A stretch of 64,000 nt of DNA from a virus (Duplodnaviria > Caudoviricetes): positions 1 to 64,000 of IMG/VR virus record IMGVR_UViG_3300020577_006811; one strand, given 5' to 3'. The notes beneath the pieces were generated by a model. The model did not search any database and was not told the DNA's origin. It was given only the letters and a program-made list of their open reading frames with translations. Shown here piece by piece: positions 53,254-62,441 of the stretch. A program made the position numbers and the translations under genes. Positions within the stretch are counted from its first letter, which is position 1, and each line of letters starts with the position of its first letter.

Positions 53254-54345
53254 ATGGGCATTACGGTTCGCGATCCGGACGGCGGCACGCACACGTTCCC
53301 GGACGGCACGCCCGACAGCGTGATCAATGCGGAGATGGAGCGTCGCTGGTCGTCTCGCGGACAACCGCAGGCGCCCCAGCCAAAGCCGCTGACCACGCCG
53401 GACAAGCTCCCGCCCGGCGCTAATCCGGGAACGATCTCGGCCAAGCCCGGATCTGTTCTGGAGGCCGACATGGTGCCGTTGTCGGCCGATGCACAGCGCG
53501 GCCTGCGCATGATTGCCGGTGGGGGCGCCACGAACAACCGTGCCATGGAGCAGGCGGGTCGGCTGCTGGTCGATAAAGACCCGACGTACCAGGCGCGCAC
53601 GGCACAGGTGAAAGCCATCGGCGACGCTGCGGGCAAGCGACAGGCCGCACGACTGGCCGGCGAGAACATCTTTGGCAGTTTCGCCAAGCTTCTGCACACC
53701 TTCAACGAGGCGGACGACGACGCCCTGGAGGGCGCAATCGGTCCATACGCAGCCAGCCCCTATATGGGGAAAATGCCCTTAGTCGGAGGCATGACGCCAC
53801 CACAGGCGGCGGCAGCTTACGGTGATCATTGGGCAAATCCGTTGAGTTGGATGTCAGGCGCAAAGGACGCCGATAAATCCTGGAACCTGCAGAACCTGTT
53901 CTCGCATGACGTCCATGGCATCACGAATGCACTGGTGTCGGCGGCGGGCAGCGGCGTGAAGATGTCTGACGCGCGGCAGGAAATGTTTGATTCCGCCATG
54001 CGCGACTTCATGAAGTCTACCAACCGCAAGGATGCGCGCAAGATCCTCGACCACGCCATGGGCATCATCGCCAATGACTTCCACATCACGCCGCAAGAAT
54101 CCAAAATGCTTCTGGAAAACAATCTGAAGCGGATAAAGGCCGAAGCCCGCGAAAAACAGGAGGCCCTGACCCTGCGCGCGGCAGAAGTGCCTCCGGATGC
54201 CGTCCAATTGCTGTTGCAGAACGCGAAGAACAAGAAATATCGGACCGACTTCAACAAGACGTTCAACGACGGCGAGGAAGGGCTTGCGGAAATCTTGATC
54301 AAGAGCGCGGACGCCCGTACCAAGAAAAAGCAACCTCAGGAATAA
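53254..54345 (+). CDS. putative ejection protein
   Basis: V..PDG....FPDGTP...I N-terminus; AGGAG RBS. Confidence 0.7.
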   Translation: MGITVRDPDGGTHTFPDGTPDSVINAEMERRWSSRGQPQAPQPKPLTTPDKLPPGANPGTISAKPGSVLEADMVPLSADAQRGLRMIAGGGATNNRAMEQAGRLLVDKDPTYQARTAQVKAIGDAAGKRQAARLAGENIFGSFAKLLHTFNEADDDALEGAIGPYAASPYMGKMPLVGGMTPPQAAAAYGDHWANPLSWMSGAKDADKSWNLQNLFSHDVHGITNALVSAAGSGVKMSDARQEMFDSAMRDFMKSTNRKDARKILDHAMGIIANDFHITPQESKMLLENNLKRIKAEAREKQEALTLRAAEVPPDAVQLLLQNAKNKKYRTDFNKTFNDGEEGLAEILIKSADARTKKKQPQE

Positions 54346-54354
54346 AGGCGCCCC

Positions 54355-56733
54355 ATGGCGGACGATAACAATCCCTTCGCGCGCTTCGTGGCCAAGAAGC
54401 CCGAAGAGGACAACCCGTTCGCCCAGTTCGCGCGGCCTAAGCCGGAGACGCCTGCTGAGGCCGACACCGGGAATGTCGGCGCGTATGCGCGCGCGTTACC
54501 TACGGACGGGGCGGCATCCAGCCACGCCGATGGCAAGGACAACCGGTCGTGGACGCAGTGGGCGCGCGACAGCGTCATGGGGCGCCATGACCCCGTGTAC
54601 CACGGCATCCCCACGTTTGACGAGGCCATGCAGGAGGAGAACAAAGGCAACTTCTTTGCCTCTCCGGAGATCCGGCGCATCCGCACAGGTGCCATGACGG
54701 CGGGTGACGACGCGATCTACGGCGACATCATGAAAGCGGCCATCGGCGACCGGTTCATTCGGAAGGAGACCGACGCCAATGGCTACGATGTCATCGTCTA
54801 CCACGGTAAAGACGGCACCGAAAAGAAGGCGTACGTGAACCGGCCGGGTCTTGACGCCGAGGATGTCAGCCGTGGGTTGGCAAGCGCTATTCCTTACGGG
54901 CTGGCTGGACTGGCTGCCGCGTATACTGGGGGCACCGCGCCCTTGATCGCACGTGGCGTCGTGCAGGGCCTCAGCCAAGCCGGAACCAGCATCGGCATGG
55001 ACATGCTGTCTAAGCCTCTTGGTTCGGAGCAGGGGGTGGACAAAACCCGTGCTGGGATCATGGGCGCCATGGGGGTCGCGGGCGAACTTGCAGCCCCCGC
55101 CGTCGCTGCGGCTTGGCGCAATCTGGTAACGGTGCCGGGGCTGTTTGATGCGGCCGTTGGACGTTTGACTCCGAAAGGGTATCAGGTCGCGATTGATATC
55201 GGACTTGACCCTAACACCTTCACCAAAGATATGGCGAAAGCCTTCGCCAAGGAATACGCCATCACGGGCGATGCGGCGGCAGCTGGGCGGCAGGTGGCTG
55301 CGTCCGACCTTGGGATTGTTTCTACCGTGGGACAGCGGTCCAAAAATCCGCTGGAACTGCTGGAAGAGATGTCCATGCGCAAGGGCCTAAAGGGTACCGC
55401 CGCACAGGAGGAGATGAAGCGATTTGACGACTTGCAGGCGCAGCAATTAACGCGCGCCGCTATGGGCGATGCAGAGAACGCGGGCGCCGGCAATCTGCCG
55501 AACAGCAAAGGCATTGCAGCAGCACTCAACCCGTCGCGTGATCTGAAAGACGTCGTCCCCGCCGAACTCGGCACAGACATCAAGGAAGGCGTGAAGGCCG
55601 CTCAGCGGGCTGCGCGCGACGCCGAAAACCAGGCATGGCAGGGACTGCACAACGTTACCGCGCACCCCGACGCCATGAAGTTGCTGCCGCAAGCCATTGG
55701 CACTGAGTTGGGCGACCGCGCCGTGGATCAGACCGTGACGCCTGCGGCTTACAACATGGCGAAGATGCTGCAAGGCTACATGAGTGGCGACGCCATGAAG
55801 CAGCCGTTTGAGGTGTTGGGCCAGACAGCGGCGACGCCAACGGTTGACGGTATGCGGCGGCGCTTGCTGGCCGGCATGGGCGGCGCGGCGACGCCTGAGG
55901 ATCGCGCAGTGGCAGGAAAGATCTACGACGGGTTCAACAATTGGATCAAGGAAGCGGCGGACGCTCAGTTGCTGGCTGGGCACCCGGACGCCGCCGTGGC
56001 CTTGCGCAGCGCGCGCGAGATCAGCCGCGAGGTCAAGGATCTGTTCCAGCCCCGGGACCGATCCGGCACCACGGCCGCAGGCCGGATTATTGACCGCGTT
56101 CTGTCCAAAGAAGATACCCCCGAAGGCGTCGTGCGCGCGCTGGTGGGCACGCCAAGTTCCGATCTGAAGACTGGAACGGTTGACGCGCTGAGCCGGATGA
56201 AGAAGGCCTTGGACACCTACGGTGGGCCGGAGGGCGTCAACACATGGAACGACATCCGCAGCGCTTACTATATGCGTATGGTGACGGAGCCGACTGGGAA
56301 GTTATTGTCACCGCAGAAGATGCTGACGTCCATTGAGAAGGCCTTCGGCAAGCAGAAATCGGCGCTGGATGTTCTGTTCACGAAAGACGAACTCGGCCAG
56401 ATGAAGAAGCTTCAGAAGTCGCTGGAGCAGATCACGTACAAGGACCCGAACCCGTCAGGCTCCGGTTACGCCATCGCTCAGTTCGTCAAGGACGCGATGG
56501 GCAAGTTGCTCTCTGTTGTCGAAATGGTTCCTGGCGGTGGCTACGCTACCGCTCCGTTGCGGGTCGCTGGCCACATCACGAGTACAGCGCGCAAGGAAAT
56601 GGCTGGCGCCAAGGCAGCCGCAGCAGCCACCAGTCAAGTGGCGCCGCGCACGCCGCCGCCTGCACTCGGGCCGCAGGCGTCGCTTCTAGCGCAGCAGTAT
56701 TTGCGGATGCGCGAGCCCGAGCGCCGCGACTAA
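54355..56733 (+). CDS. putative large ejection protein
   Basis: Tandem NPF..F N-terminal repeats; helical; last gene of the tail module. Confidence 0.7.
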   Translation: MADDNNPFARFVAKKPEEDNPFAQFARPKPETPAEADTGNVGAYARALPTDGAASSHADGKDNRSWTQWARDSVMGRHDPVYHGIPTFDEAMQEENKGNFFASPEIRRIRTGAMTAGDDAIYGDIMKAAIGDRFIRKETDANGYDVIVYHGKDGTEKKAYVNRPGLDAEDVSRGLASAIPYGLAGLAAAYTGGTAPLIARGVVQGLSQAGTSIGMDMLSKPLGSEQGVDKTRAGIMGAMGVAGELAAPAVAAAWRNLVTVPGLFDAAVGRLTPKGYQVAIDIGLDPNTFTKDMAKAFAKEYAITGDAAAAGRQVAASDLGIVSTVGQRSKNPLELLEEMSMRKGLKGTAAQEEMKRFDDLQAQQLTRAAMGDAENAGAGNLPNSKGIAAALNPSRDLKDVVPAELGTDIKEGVKAAQRAARDAENQAWQGLHNVTAHPDAMKLLPQAIGTELGDRAVDQTVTPAAYNMAKMLQGYMSGDAMKQPFEVLGQTAATPTVDGMRRRLLAGMGGAATPEDRAVAGKIYDGFNNWIKEAADAQLLAGHPDAAVALRSAREISREVKDLFQPRDRSGTTAAGRIIDRVLSKEDTPEGVVRALVGTPSSDLKTGTVDALSRMKKALDTYGGPEGVNTWNDIRSAYYMRMVTEPTGKLLSPQKMLTSIEKAFGKQKSALDVLFTKDELGQMKKLQKSLEQITYKDPNPSGSGYAIAQFVKDAMGKLLSVVEMVPGGGYATAPLRVAGHITSTARKEMAGAKAAAAATSQVAPRTPPPALGPQASLLAQQYLRMREPERRD

Positions 56734-57062
56734 CGCAGTCCCAGCCACAATAGCACCGCGGCGCCTCCCACCACCATAAATGGGACGGCGCCGTCTTTTA
56801 TTTCGTCGGGCGGCAGGCGCTGCCAGGCGGTGCGCACGCTGTTGTAGGTCGCCCAGATGAAGAACGGCGGCAGGGCGACGTTGAAGCAGAACGCGGTCCA
56901 TGCGGCGGAGTGGTCGGGGAGCGCGGCGCCAAGGTAGCCCCAGGCCACGGCCTGCAGCAGACCGTAGCAGCAGGCGTGCACGATGAGGAGCCGGCCGGGC
57001 CGGTTGCGGGCGTCGGCAAGGTAGTCTCTAGCTTGAGCTAAGGCGGTTCCCAGCGTCCCCAT
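56730..57062 (-). CDS. multi-TM membrane protein, convergent to the ejection genes
   Basis: Three hydrophobic segments; stop overlaps the stop of 54355. Confidence 0.55.
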   Translation of the reverse strand: MGTLGTALAQARDYLADARNRPGRLLIVHACCYGLLQAVAWGYLGAALPDHSAAWTAFCFNVALPPFFIWATYNSVRTAWQRLPPDEIKDGAVPFMVVGGAAVLLWLGLR

Positions 57063-57306
57063 CAGGGGTGGCTAGGCTGATTTGCGTGGTCCGGACAGGG
57101 CAGCGAACGGCTTATCCACGGCCGTTGGCCTCTCAAAGAAGCCAAAATCGCGCAAGATGCCCACTTTGGGTCGGGGGCGTCTATTGATCCTTAGGTGAGC
57201 GGTTGCCGGCACAATCCTTGCCGTGCGGGCTTTGGTCCAAGGCGTGGCTAGTCTATGAGCGCTGTCCTATGTTCCGTTTGCCTAAAGATTGGTCCAAGGC
57301 CGCATC

Positions 57307-57774
57307 TCAGGCAGCTTGCTCAACGAGATCGGTTGCTGGGCCAACACTTGGCCTTTGCCGGCGCCCGATATGGCGCCAACGAGCCGCCTTTGCTGCCTTC
57401 AGAGATATGCCCATTTCGCGCGCAATCCCTTCGTCATTCCCGTGCTTTGCGTCGGCCGCCTTAAGCTTGGCGATGCGCTCGGCGTCCCAGGTGCGCCAGC
57501 CGCGCTTGCTGAACCTTGGCAGCGGGGCTTTCTGGTCTGTGGCCTCAAACGCTCGGGCCATCGCTTTCGCGACAGCCACACGGTGAAGCGGCGAAAGGGC
57601 CGCATAATTTTCAGCGTATTTCGGGCTGGCCAGGAAATCCCGGAACGTCTTCATGTTCCCAAACTTCGCGATGTGCGCGAATTTCTTGAGCAGGAAGCTG
57701 TTTGCCTTATAGGGCGAGATGTAGCGAATGCTCATGGTCTCCGGCGATAATTTTTTATTTGGTGCTGGCATCAT
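57307..57774 (-). CDS. protein with C-terminal GcrA-like HTH
   Basis: W..ERIAKLK...IAREMGIS.KA...R; lower GC. Confidence 0.55.
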   Translation of the reverse strand: MMPAPNKKLSPETMSIRYISPYKANSFLLKKFAHIAKFGNMKTFRDFLASPKYAENYAALSPLHRVAVAKAMARAFEATDQKAPLPRFSKRGWRTWDAERIAKLKAADAKHGNDEGIAREMGISLKAAKAARWRHIGRRQRPSVGPATDLVEQAA

Positions 57775-57875
57775 GGTCGGCTTACTCCTCACGCTACATC
57801 CGTTCGCTGCGTTCCCCAAAATTAAAATCCCACGCTGAAGGCGCCGTCAAGGCGACAGTAGCAGGAGCGCATTGC

Positions 57876-58988
57876 ATGCCGATCATCATGAAGCCTGACG
57901 TGCTGGACTTATCTTCTTGGAACAACGTTGAGGACTGGTTCGCCGTCAAGAATTCCGGCATCAAGGGGATCATTCACAAGGCGTCAGAGGGTGTCGGCTT
58001 CGTGGACCGCACCTACGCCAAGCGCAAAGCCGACGTTGAGCGCGCGGGGATGCTCTGGGGCTCGTACCATTTCCTGAACCGGGCACCCGCCGACCAGCAA
58101 GCGAAGCACTACATCAAGGCGTCGCTGTGGACGCCGGGCGCCAACATGCTGCTATGTTGCGACTGGGAGCCGTACGGCGCCAACACCGCGTCACTGGCTC
58201 AAGCCAAGGAATTCCTGCGCATCGTCTACGAGGAGACGGGGCAGCGCCCGGTGCTCTATTCCGGCAACCTCGTCAAGGAACAAGGCCGCGGAGATCCGTT
58301 CCTGTGCCAGCACCGACTTTGGCTGGCGCAATACACACAAGGGCGCCCGCAACTCCCTAGGGGGTGGTCGCAGTATTGGATGTGGCAGTACGCGGGGGAC
58401 GGTATCTTTGGCACGGGCACCATCCCAGGCATTTCCACTAAGGGCATTGACTGCAACACGTTTGGCGGCGTTGACCTCGCTGCCGAATGGGCTGGACGCT
58501 TGCAAGACCGGCGCAACGCGCCGACGCCAGAGCCGAGCGAAAGCCCGTACATTGAGCCCGTAGATCCTGCGGAAATGGCGTCTGGCGCACCTGCGGCTGG
58601 TGGCGCCGGGCCAACAACTGAGCCCGTTTCGCTGACCTCACGCATCGTGACCGCAAGCACGACGGCCGCAGCCATCAATGAGCTTAGCGATCAGGGATCA
58701 AGACTTGGCAATCTGTTTCGTACCGTCAAGCAGCGCTTTTGGAAGGCGGTAGCCACCACGGGGGCTGTGGGCGGTGCCGCTGGCGGCGTGGTCAAGACCG
58801 ATCAGGGCAACGCCGCCACCATTGCGGACTGGGCGCAGGCGCACCCTATCGCTTTTGGCTGCATCATCGGCGGCGGCATCGGTCTACTGGTCGGCGGTAT
58901 CCTGCTCTACTTCGTGGTCAAACGCGGCGAACGCTGGTTGGCAACGGCCTACAACGCCGGCCGCTACGAGCCGCGCAAGGAGGCTTGA
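57876..58988 (+). CDS. GH25 muramidase endolysin with C-terminal membrane segments
   Basis: DLSSWN, KASEG, G.YHF, CCDWE, LWLAQY, WQY; hydrophobic C-terminal stretches; AGGAG RBS. Confidence 0.9.
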   Translation: MPIIMKPDVLDLSSWNNVEDWFAVKNSGIKGIIHKASEGVGFVDRTYAKRKADVERAGMLWGSYHFLNRAPADQQAKHYIKASLWTPGANMLLCCDWEPYGANTASLAQAKEFLRIVYEETGQRPVLYSGNLVKEQGRGDPFLCQHRLWLAQYTQGRPQLPRGWSQYWMWQYAGDGIFGTGTIPGISTKGIDCNTFGGVDLAAEWAGRLQDRRNAPTPEPSESPYIEPVDPAEMASGAPAAGGAGPTTEPVSLTSRIVTASTTAAAINELSDQGSRLGNLFRTVKQRFWKAVATTGAVGGAAGGVVKTDQGNAATIADWAQAHPIAFGCIIGGGIGLLVGGILLYFVVKRGERWLATAYNAGRYEPRKEA

Positions 58989-58991
58989 GCC

Positions 58992-59303
58992 ATGATCCCG
59001 ATTGGTTTCGACGTCGCCATGGTGCTGCGATTTATTGCCGGGCTCGGCATTGCGGCAGCCGTCTGGTGGGTTGCTGACGCCATTGGCGACGCGCGTGAAG
59101 CGAAAATCTACGCTCGCATTGATCGTGCGATCGAAAGCACAAACGCAGAAATTGACAAGCGCCTGACGCTTGATGAAAGAGTAGCGGCAGTCGCTGAAGC
59201 GGCCCGCGCGAAAGCGCTGTCCGATGCGTTGCGTCTCCCCTCGGTTGCTGTTGCGTGCCCCGCCAACAAAGCTCAGGCCGAAGCCCTGAGCGCAATCAAG
59301 TAG
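58992..59303 (+). CDS. putative i-spanin (Rz-like)
   Basis: N-terminal TM followed by coiled coil, after the endolysin. Confidence 0.65.
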   Translation: MIPIGFDVAMVLRFIAGLGIAAAVWWVADAIGDAREAKIYARIDRAIESTNAEIDKRLTLDERVAAVAEAARAKALSDALRLPSVAVACPANKAQAEALSAIK

Positions 59304-59310
59304 GCGCCTT

Positions 59311-59568
59311 ATGCGGAAATTCGCTCCCCTTGTCTGCCTCGCTCTCGGCGCTTGCGGCACCGCGCAGGCCGTGCCGACTGTGCCAGGCAAGATCACGCCG
59401 CCGTCGCGCGAACTGATGAAGCCGCCGGCCGACCTGCCGAAGCTGACCGAAGGCGACAGCATTTACGATCATGCGGCCATGTGCCGGGCCGAGTACGGGC
59501 GCGTTTCCAGCCAAGTCACAGGGCTCCAATCGTGGTCCACCATCGTCACTCGCCGGAAAGGAAACTGA
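59311..59568 (+). CDS. putative o-spanin lipoprotein (Rz1-like)
   Basis: Lipobox LALGA|C; Pro-rich periplasmic part. Confidence 0.7.
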   Translation: MRKFAPLVCLALGACGTAQAVPTVPGKITPPSRELMKPPADLPKLTEGDSIYDHAAMCRAEYGRVSSQVTGLQSWSTIVTRRKGN

Positions 59569-59571
59569 CCC

Positions 59572-60270
59572 ATGGCCGCGAAGTCTAAACTGATGCTGAT
59601 GAGCAAGATCAAGGCGAAGAAGAAGCCTGAGCACAAGGCGGCCGTTGAAGGCGACGCGCCTCGCCAGAGACTGGACCGTCCGGGCCGGATGCGGATGCGT
59701 CGCGCGGATGGCGGGGTGACGATCAGCGAGGATAGCAAAAAGGAAGTCGAGCGTCTGCGTGATCATGGAGACAAGAACGCCATGATTGCAGCCGGCAAAG
59801 GCGCCACTGCGGGTTTTTTGATTAACAGACTTGGCCAAGCTATGGGTGGTTCAAAGCCCGCGTCCCGGGCTGTCGGGACAGCCGCTGGATTGTTAGGGAT
59901 GGGCGCGGACGAACGTACAAAAAAAGCGGCCGACGCATTTCGCGAATCCAACCGCATTGAACGCGGCGAGGCCGAGCCCGGCAAGGAAGACCGTGCCGCC
60001 GGAGGTCGCGTCAAGCGCGCAGATGGGGGCATCGTTGAAGATTACATCAAGCCCGGACTTCCGACTGCGGTGCCCGCTGCTATCCAATCGCTTGCCCGTC
60101 GTTACCTGCCATCGCGCCGCGACCCGGAGATGGAGGCGAAACTTAAAGACGCGGCCTCTAACGCGGCGACGGGAGCAGGTGGCGCCCTTATGAAAGCGGG
60201 TCTCCGGCCGTCTGGCAAGGCGGTTGACGGCAAGGAAGATCGCAAGCGCGGTGGGAGGGTTTGCAAATGA
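59572..60270 (+). CDS. basic AxGG-cassette protein (paralogue of 31716)
   Basis: RLDRPGR..RRADGGVTISEDSKK...GKEDRAAGGRVKRADGG...GKEDRKRGGRV. Confidence 0.75.
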   Translation: MAAKSKLMLMSKIKAKKKPEHKAAVEGDAPRQRLDRPGRMRMRRADGGVTISEDSKKEVERLRDHGDKNAMIAAGKGATAGFLINRLGQAMGGSKPASRAVGTAAGLLGMGADERTKKAADAFRESNRIERGEAEPGKEDRAAGGRVKRADGGIVEDYIKPGLPTAVPAAIQSLARRYLPSRRDPEMEAKLKDAASNAATGAGGALMKAGLRPSGKAVDGKEDRKRGGRVCK

Positions 60271-60425
60271 AACACCACGCCCGCCGCCGTTGGGACGAAA
60301 GCAAGCACGTGATGATCGGGTCGGCTATCACCATTGCCGTCATCTTCGGTCTCGTATTTGGCGTCGGCTACGGTGTGCGGCCGCCAGACCCGGTTCTGGT
60401 GGCACCGCAAGCGTTGGGGAAATGA
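60267..60425 (+). CDS. small single-TM protein (52 aa)
   Basis: ATGA overlap; MKHHARRRW...IAVIFGLVFGVGYG. Confidence 0.55.
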   Translation: MKHHARRRWDESKHVMIGSAITIAVIFGLVFGVGYGVRPPDPVLVAPQALGK

Positions 60426-60427
60426 CC

Positions 60428-60601
60428 ATGTCCGACGTCGTCTCTATCGCCAATTATAGCCGCCCATCGGCCACACCCCGTGATGCAGCGCAGAACGGCG
60501 TGATTAAAAATTTCACGCAGGCGTTGAATATCTGTACGATATGCTCGTCTTCATCGCATCGTGCGTCGAAGTGCCCCCAACGCGTGAAGGACATGGATTA
60601 A
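60428..60601 (+). CDS. small protein with CCHC zinc knuckle
   Basis: CTICSSSSHRASKC = CX2CX4HX4C. Confidence 0.55.
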   Translation: MSDVVSIANYSRPSATPRDAAQNGVIKNFTQALNICTICSSSSHRASKCPQRVKDMD

Positions 60602-60625
60602 CGCGAGCTTCAAAAATGGCAGACG

Positions 60626-61036
60626 ATGTACGAACCGAACTGGCCCGGGCGGCACGAAAATTCTCCTACGTTGGGGCTGGCCCGGCTGGAAGGGAAATTA
60701 GATTCGCAGACGCAAATCCTGCTGCACCTGGTCCGTTTGAACGAGACAGCTATTACGGCCTCGCGGACCTCTACGCCAGCCGGCAACCGGACATCTGGCC
60801 CACGCCGCTCACGGCCGCTCCCGCCCAGGCCACTCACGCCGCCGCAGGGCCATACGGACGAGAGCCTGCTTATGACCGTGCTTCGCCATTTCGCACCGAA
60901 GGCATTGATGTGGGCGGCTGGCCGCCTGTTCAGCCTAGCGCTGCAGTTCCTGCTGCCGACGCTGGTTCTGGCCTGGGCGCTGACACAGAAGGGACTTGGT
61001 ACGGTCTGGCAACTGCTGCTGGGAGCGCTGTCATGA
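60626..61036 (+). CDS. membrane protein, holin-like candidate
   Basis: Coiled N-terminus and hydrophobic C-terminus; in the lysis region. Confidence 0.55.
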   Translation: MYEPNWPGRHENSPTLGLARLEGKLDSQTQILLHLVRLNETAITASRTSTPAGNRTSGPRRSRPLPPRPLTPPQGHTDESLLMTVLRHFAPKALMWAAGRLFSLALQFLLPTLVLAWALTQKGLGTVWQLLLGALS

Positions 61037-61131
61037 TCGCGGCAGGATGGCGGCTGATCAAGAAGCACAAAGTGGCCGCGACCCTGTGGTGCCTTGCGCT
61101 TATTGCGCTGATGCTGCCGCATCCGTACTGA
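61033..61131 (+). CDS. small hydrophobic peptide (32 aa)
   Basis: ATGA overlap; one TM segment. Confidence 0.4.
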   Translation: MIAAGWRLIKKHKVAATLWCLALIALMLPHPY

Positions 61132-61150
61132 GTGCGCTCAACAGTTCAAC

Positions 61151-61192
61151 AAGAAATGGCGGCGCGTGTTCCCACGGCCGCCATCTTTATTT
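61151..61192. terminator. hairpin between convergent operons
   Basis: ATGGCGGC/GCCGCCAT stem with A-rich left and T-rich right flanks. Confidence 0.5.
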
Positions 61193-61344
61193 CCAGTGCG
61201 TCATTCAACGACGCCCGCATGACGCTCTCGGCGCTGATCGCCGACCCGCCGCAACACGCGTAGATGAAATGCCCCCTGCGCTCCGCGTGCTGCGATTATG
61301 TCACGACGTTTGGATCAACGCCGAAGAACGAGCCGGGGTAGACG

Positions 61345-61650
61345 TCAAATCAGTGCGGGCTCCTCTTCGTCCTGCCGCGCGAGGTAGTCGCCCATCGGGG
61401 TGTCGTCCAACATGCCCAAACCATGAAGGTAGGTACTTAAAACTGCCTCTTCTTCCTCCCGCTCTGTCTTGGACTTCTTCCGAAGTGCAATCACCTTCCT
61501 GAGAATCTTTGCGTCAAAGCCAAGATTTTTACCTTCGGCGTACTTGTCGCGGATGTCGGCGGCGATGGCCTTGTGCTCCTCGGAAAGACGCTCAATCTGT
61601 TCAACGAGCTGCCGCAATTGTTTTTGCGCTGAAACCTGCAATGTCGTCAT
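61345..61650 (-). CDS. gapR: GapR / DUF2312 (UPF0335) nucleoid-associated protein homologue
   Basis: [15 protein letters not shown]...[22 protein letters not shown]...EEE.VL..Y..LGM. Confidence 0.9.
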   Translation of the reverse strand: MTTLQVSAQKQLRQLVEQIERLSEEHKAIAADIRDKYAEGKNLGFDAKILRKVIALRKKSKTEREEEEAVLSTYLHGLGMLDDTPMGDYLARQDEEEPALI

Positions 61651-61716
61651 GTTCGCTCTCCTGTCGCTTCCGCCGACACGTCCGATGCAACGTGTCGGCG
61701 TTTTGCCAGATTGCCG

Positions 61717-62397
61717 TCAGAACTTGAAGTTGATGGCACCCTTGATGGTGTCCACGCGCACGTCACTGGTGTTGGTGTACTGGAAGCCAATCGGCGCGTC
61801 GGTGATGCTGGTCTGCAGCGCGTCCTTGCTGCCGAAATCCATGCGGGTCCAGTCCACGCGCAGGCTCCAGCCGTTGCCAAGCGCCTGTTCAAGGCCTGCG
61901 CCGTAGACAAAGCCGGACATGGCACTGGAGCGGGTGGTCTCGTACCCAGGCTTGGTGGTGGTCTGGCCAGCGGTGGCGCCCCAGTAGGCGTAGCCGCCCT
62001 TGCCATAGATCATGGTGCGATCCAGGGCGATGCCAAGGCGGCCGACGGCCATGCCGTACCAGCCGCCCGTGAGATCCAGGTCTTGATGGTAGATGGGGTT
62101 AGACGACGGCACGAGACCGGTGCCGGTCAGCTTCATGTAGCCGCCTTCAATCTCCGCGCCCAGCACCAGCATGCCGAACTGCTGATTGACGCCAAGCTGT
62201 GCGCCGCCCGTAAACCCTTTGGGGCTGTAGTCGAAGGGGCCTGGGGGCACGCCGCCGTTGGTGTCCGTGGTGGACACGTCTCCCATGCCGTAGCCGGCGT
62301 TGAGGCCCCAGTAGAAGCCCGACCAGTTGTAGGTCTGGGCCGATGCGGTGGTGGCTGATGCAAGCAGCAGGGCTGCGACAAGTGCAAAACGCTTCAT
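61717..62397 (-). CDS. outer-membrane beta-barrel (Omp25/Omp31/RopB-like) porin
   Basis: Signal peptide; YNWSGFY.G.NAGYG, GG.Q.G.N.Q, RLG...DR..IY.KGG.A, G...GAG.E; C-terminal F. Confidence 0.9.
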   Translation of the reverse strand: MKRFALVAALLLASATTASAQTYNWSGFYWGLNAGYGMGDVSTTDTNGGVPPGPFDYSPKGFTGGAQLGVNQQFGMLVLGAEIEGGYMKLTGTGLVPSSNPIYHQDLDLTGGWYGMAVGRLGIALDRTMIYGKGGYAYWGATAGQTTTKPGYETTRSSAMSGFVYGAGLEQALGNGWSLRVDWTRMDFGSKDALQTSITDAPIGFQYTNTSDVRVDTIKGAINFKF

Positions 62398-62441
62398 GCT
62401 CTCTCTCCGTGTGTTGCTTTCCAATTTCCAATTTTTCAAGC

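Noticed and set aside
60541-61131. 196-aa ORF overlapping 60626-61036
   Set aside because: The 60626 frame has the gene-like third-position bias; only the last 32 codons of this frame (ATGA-coupled) look real.
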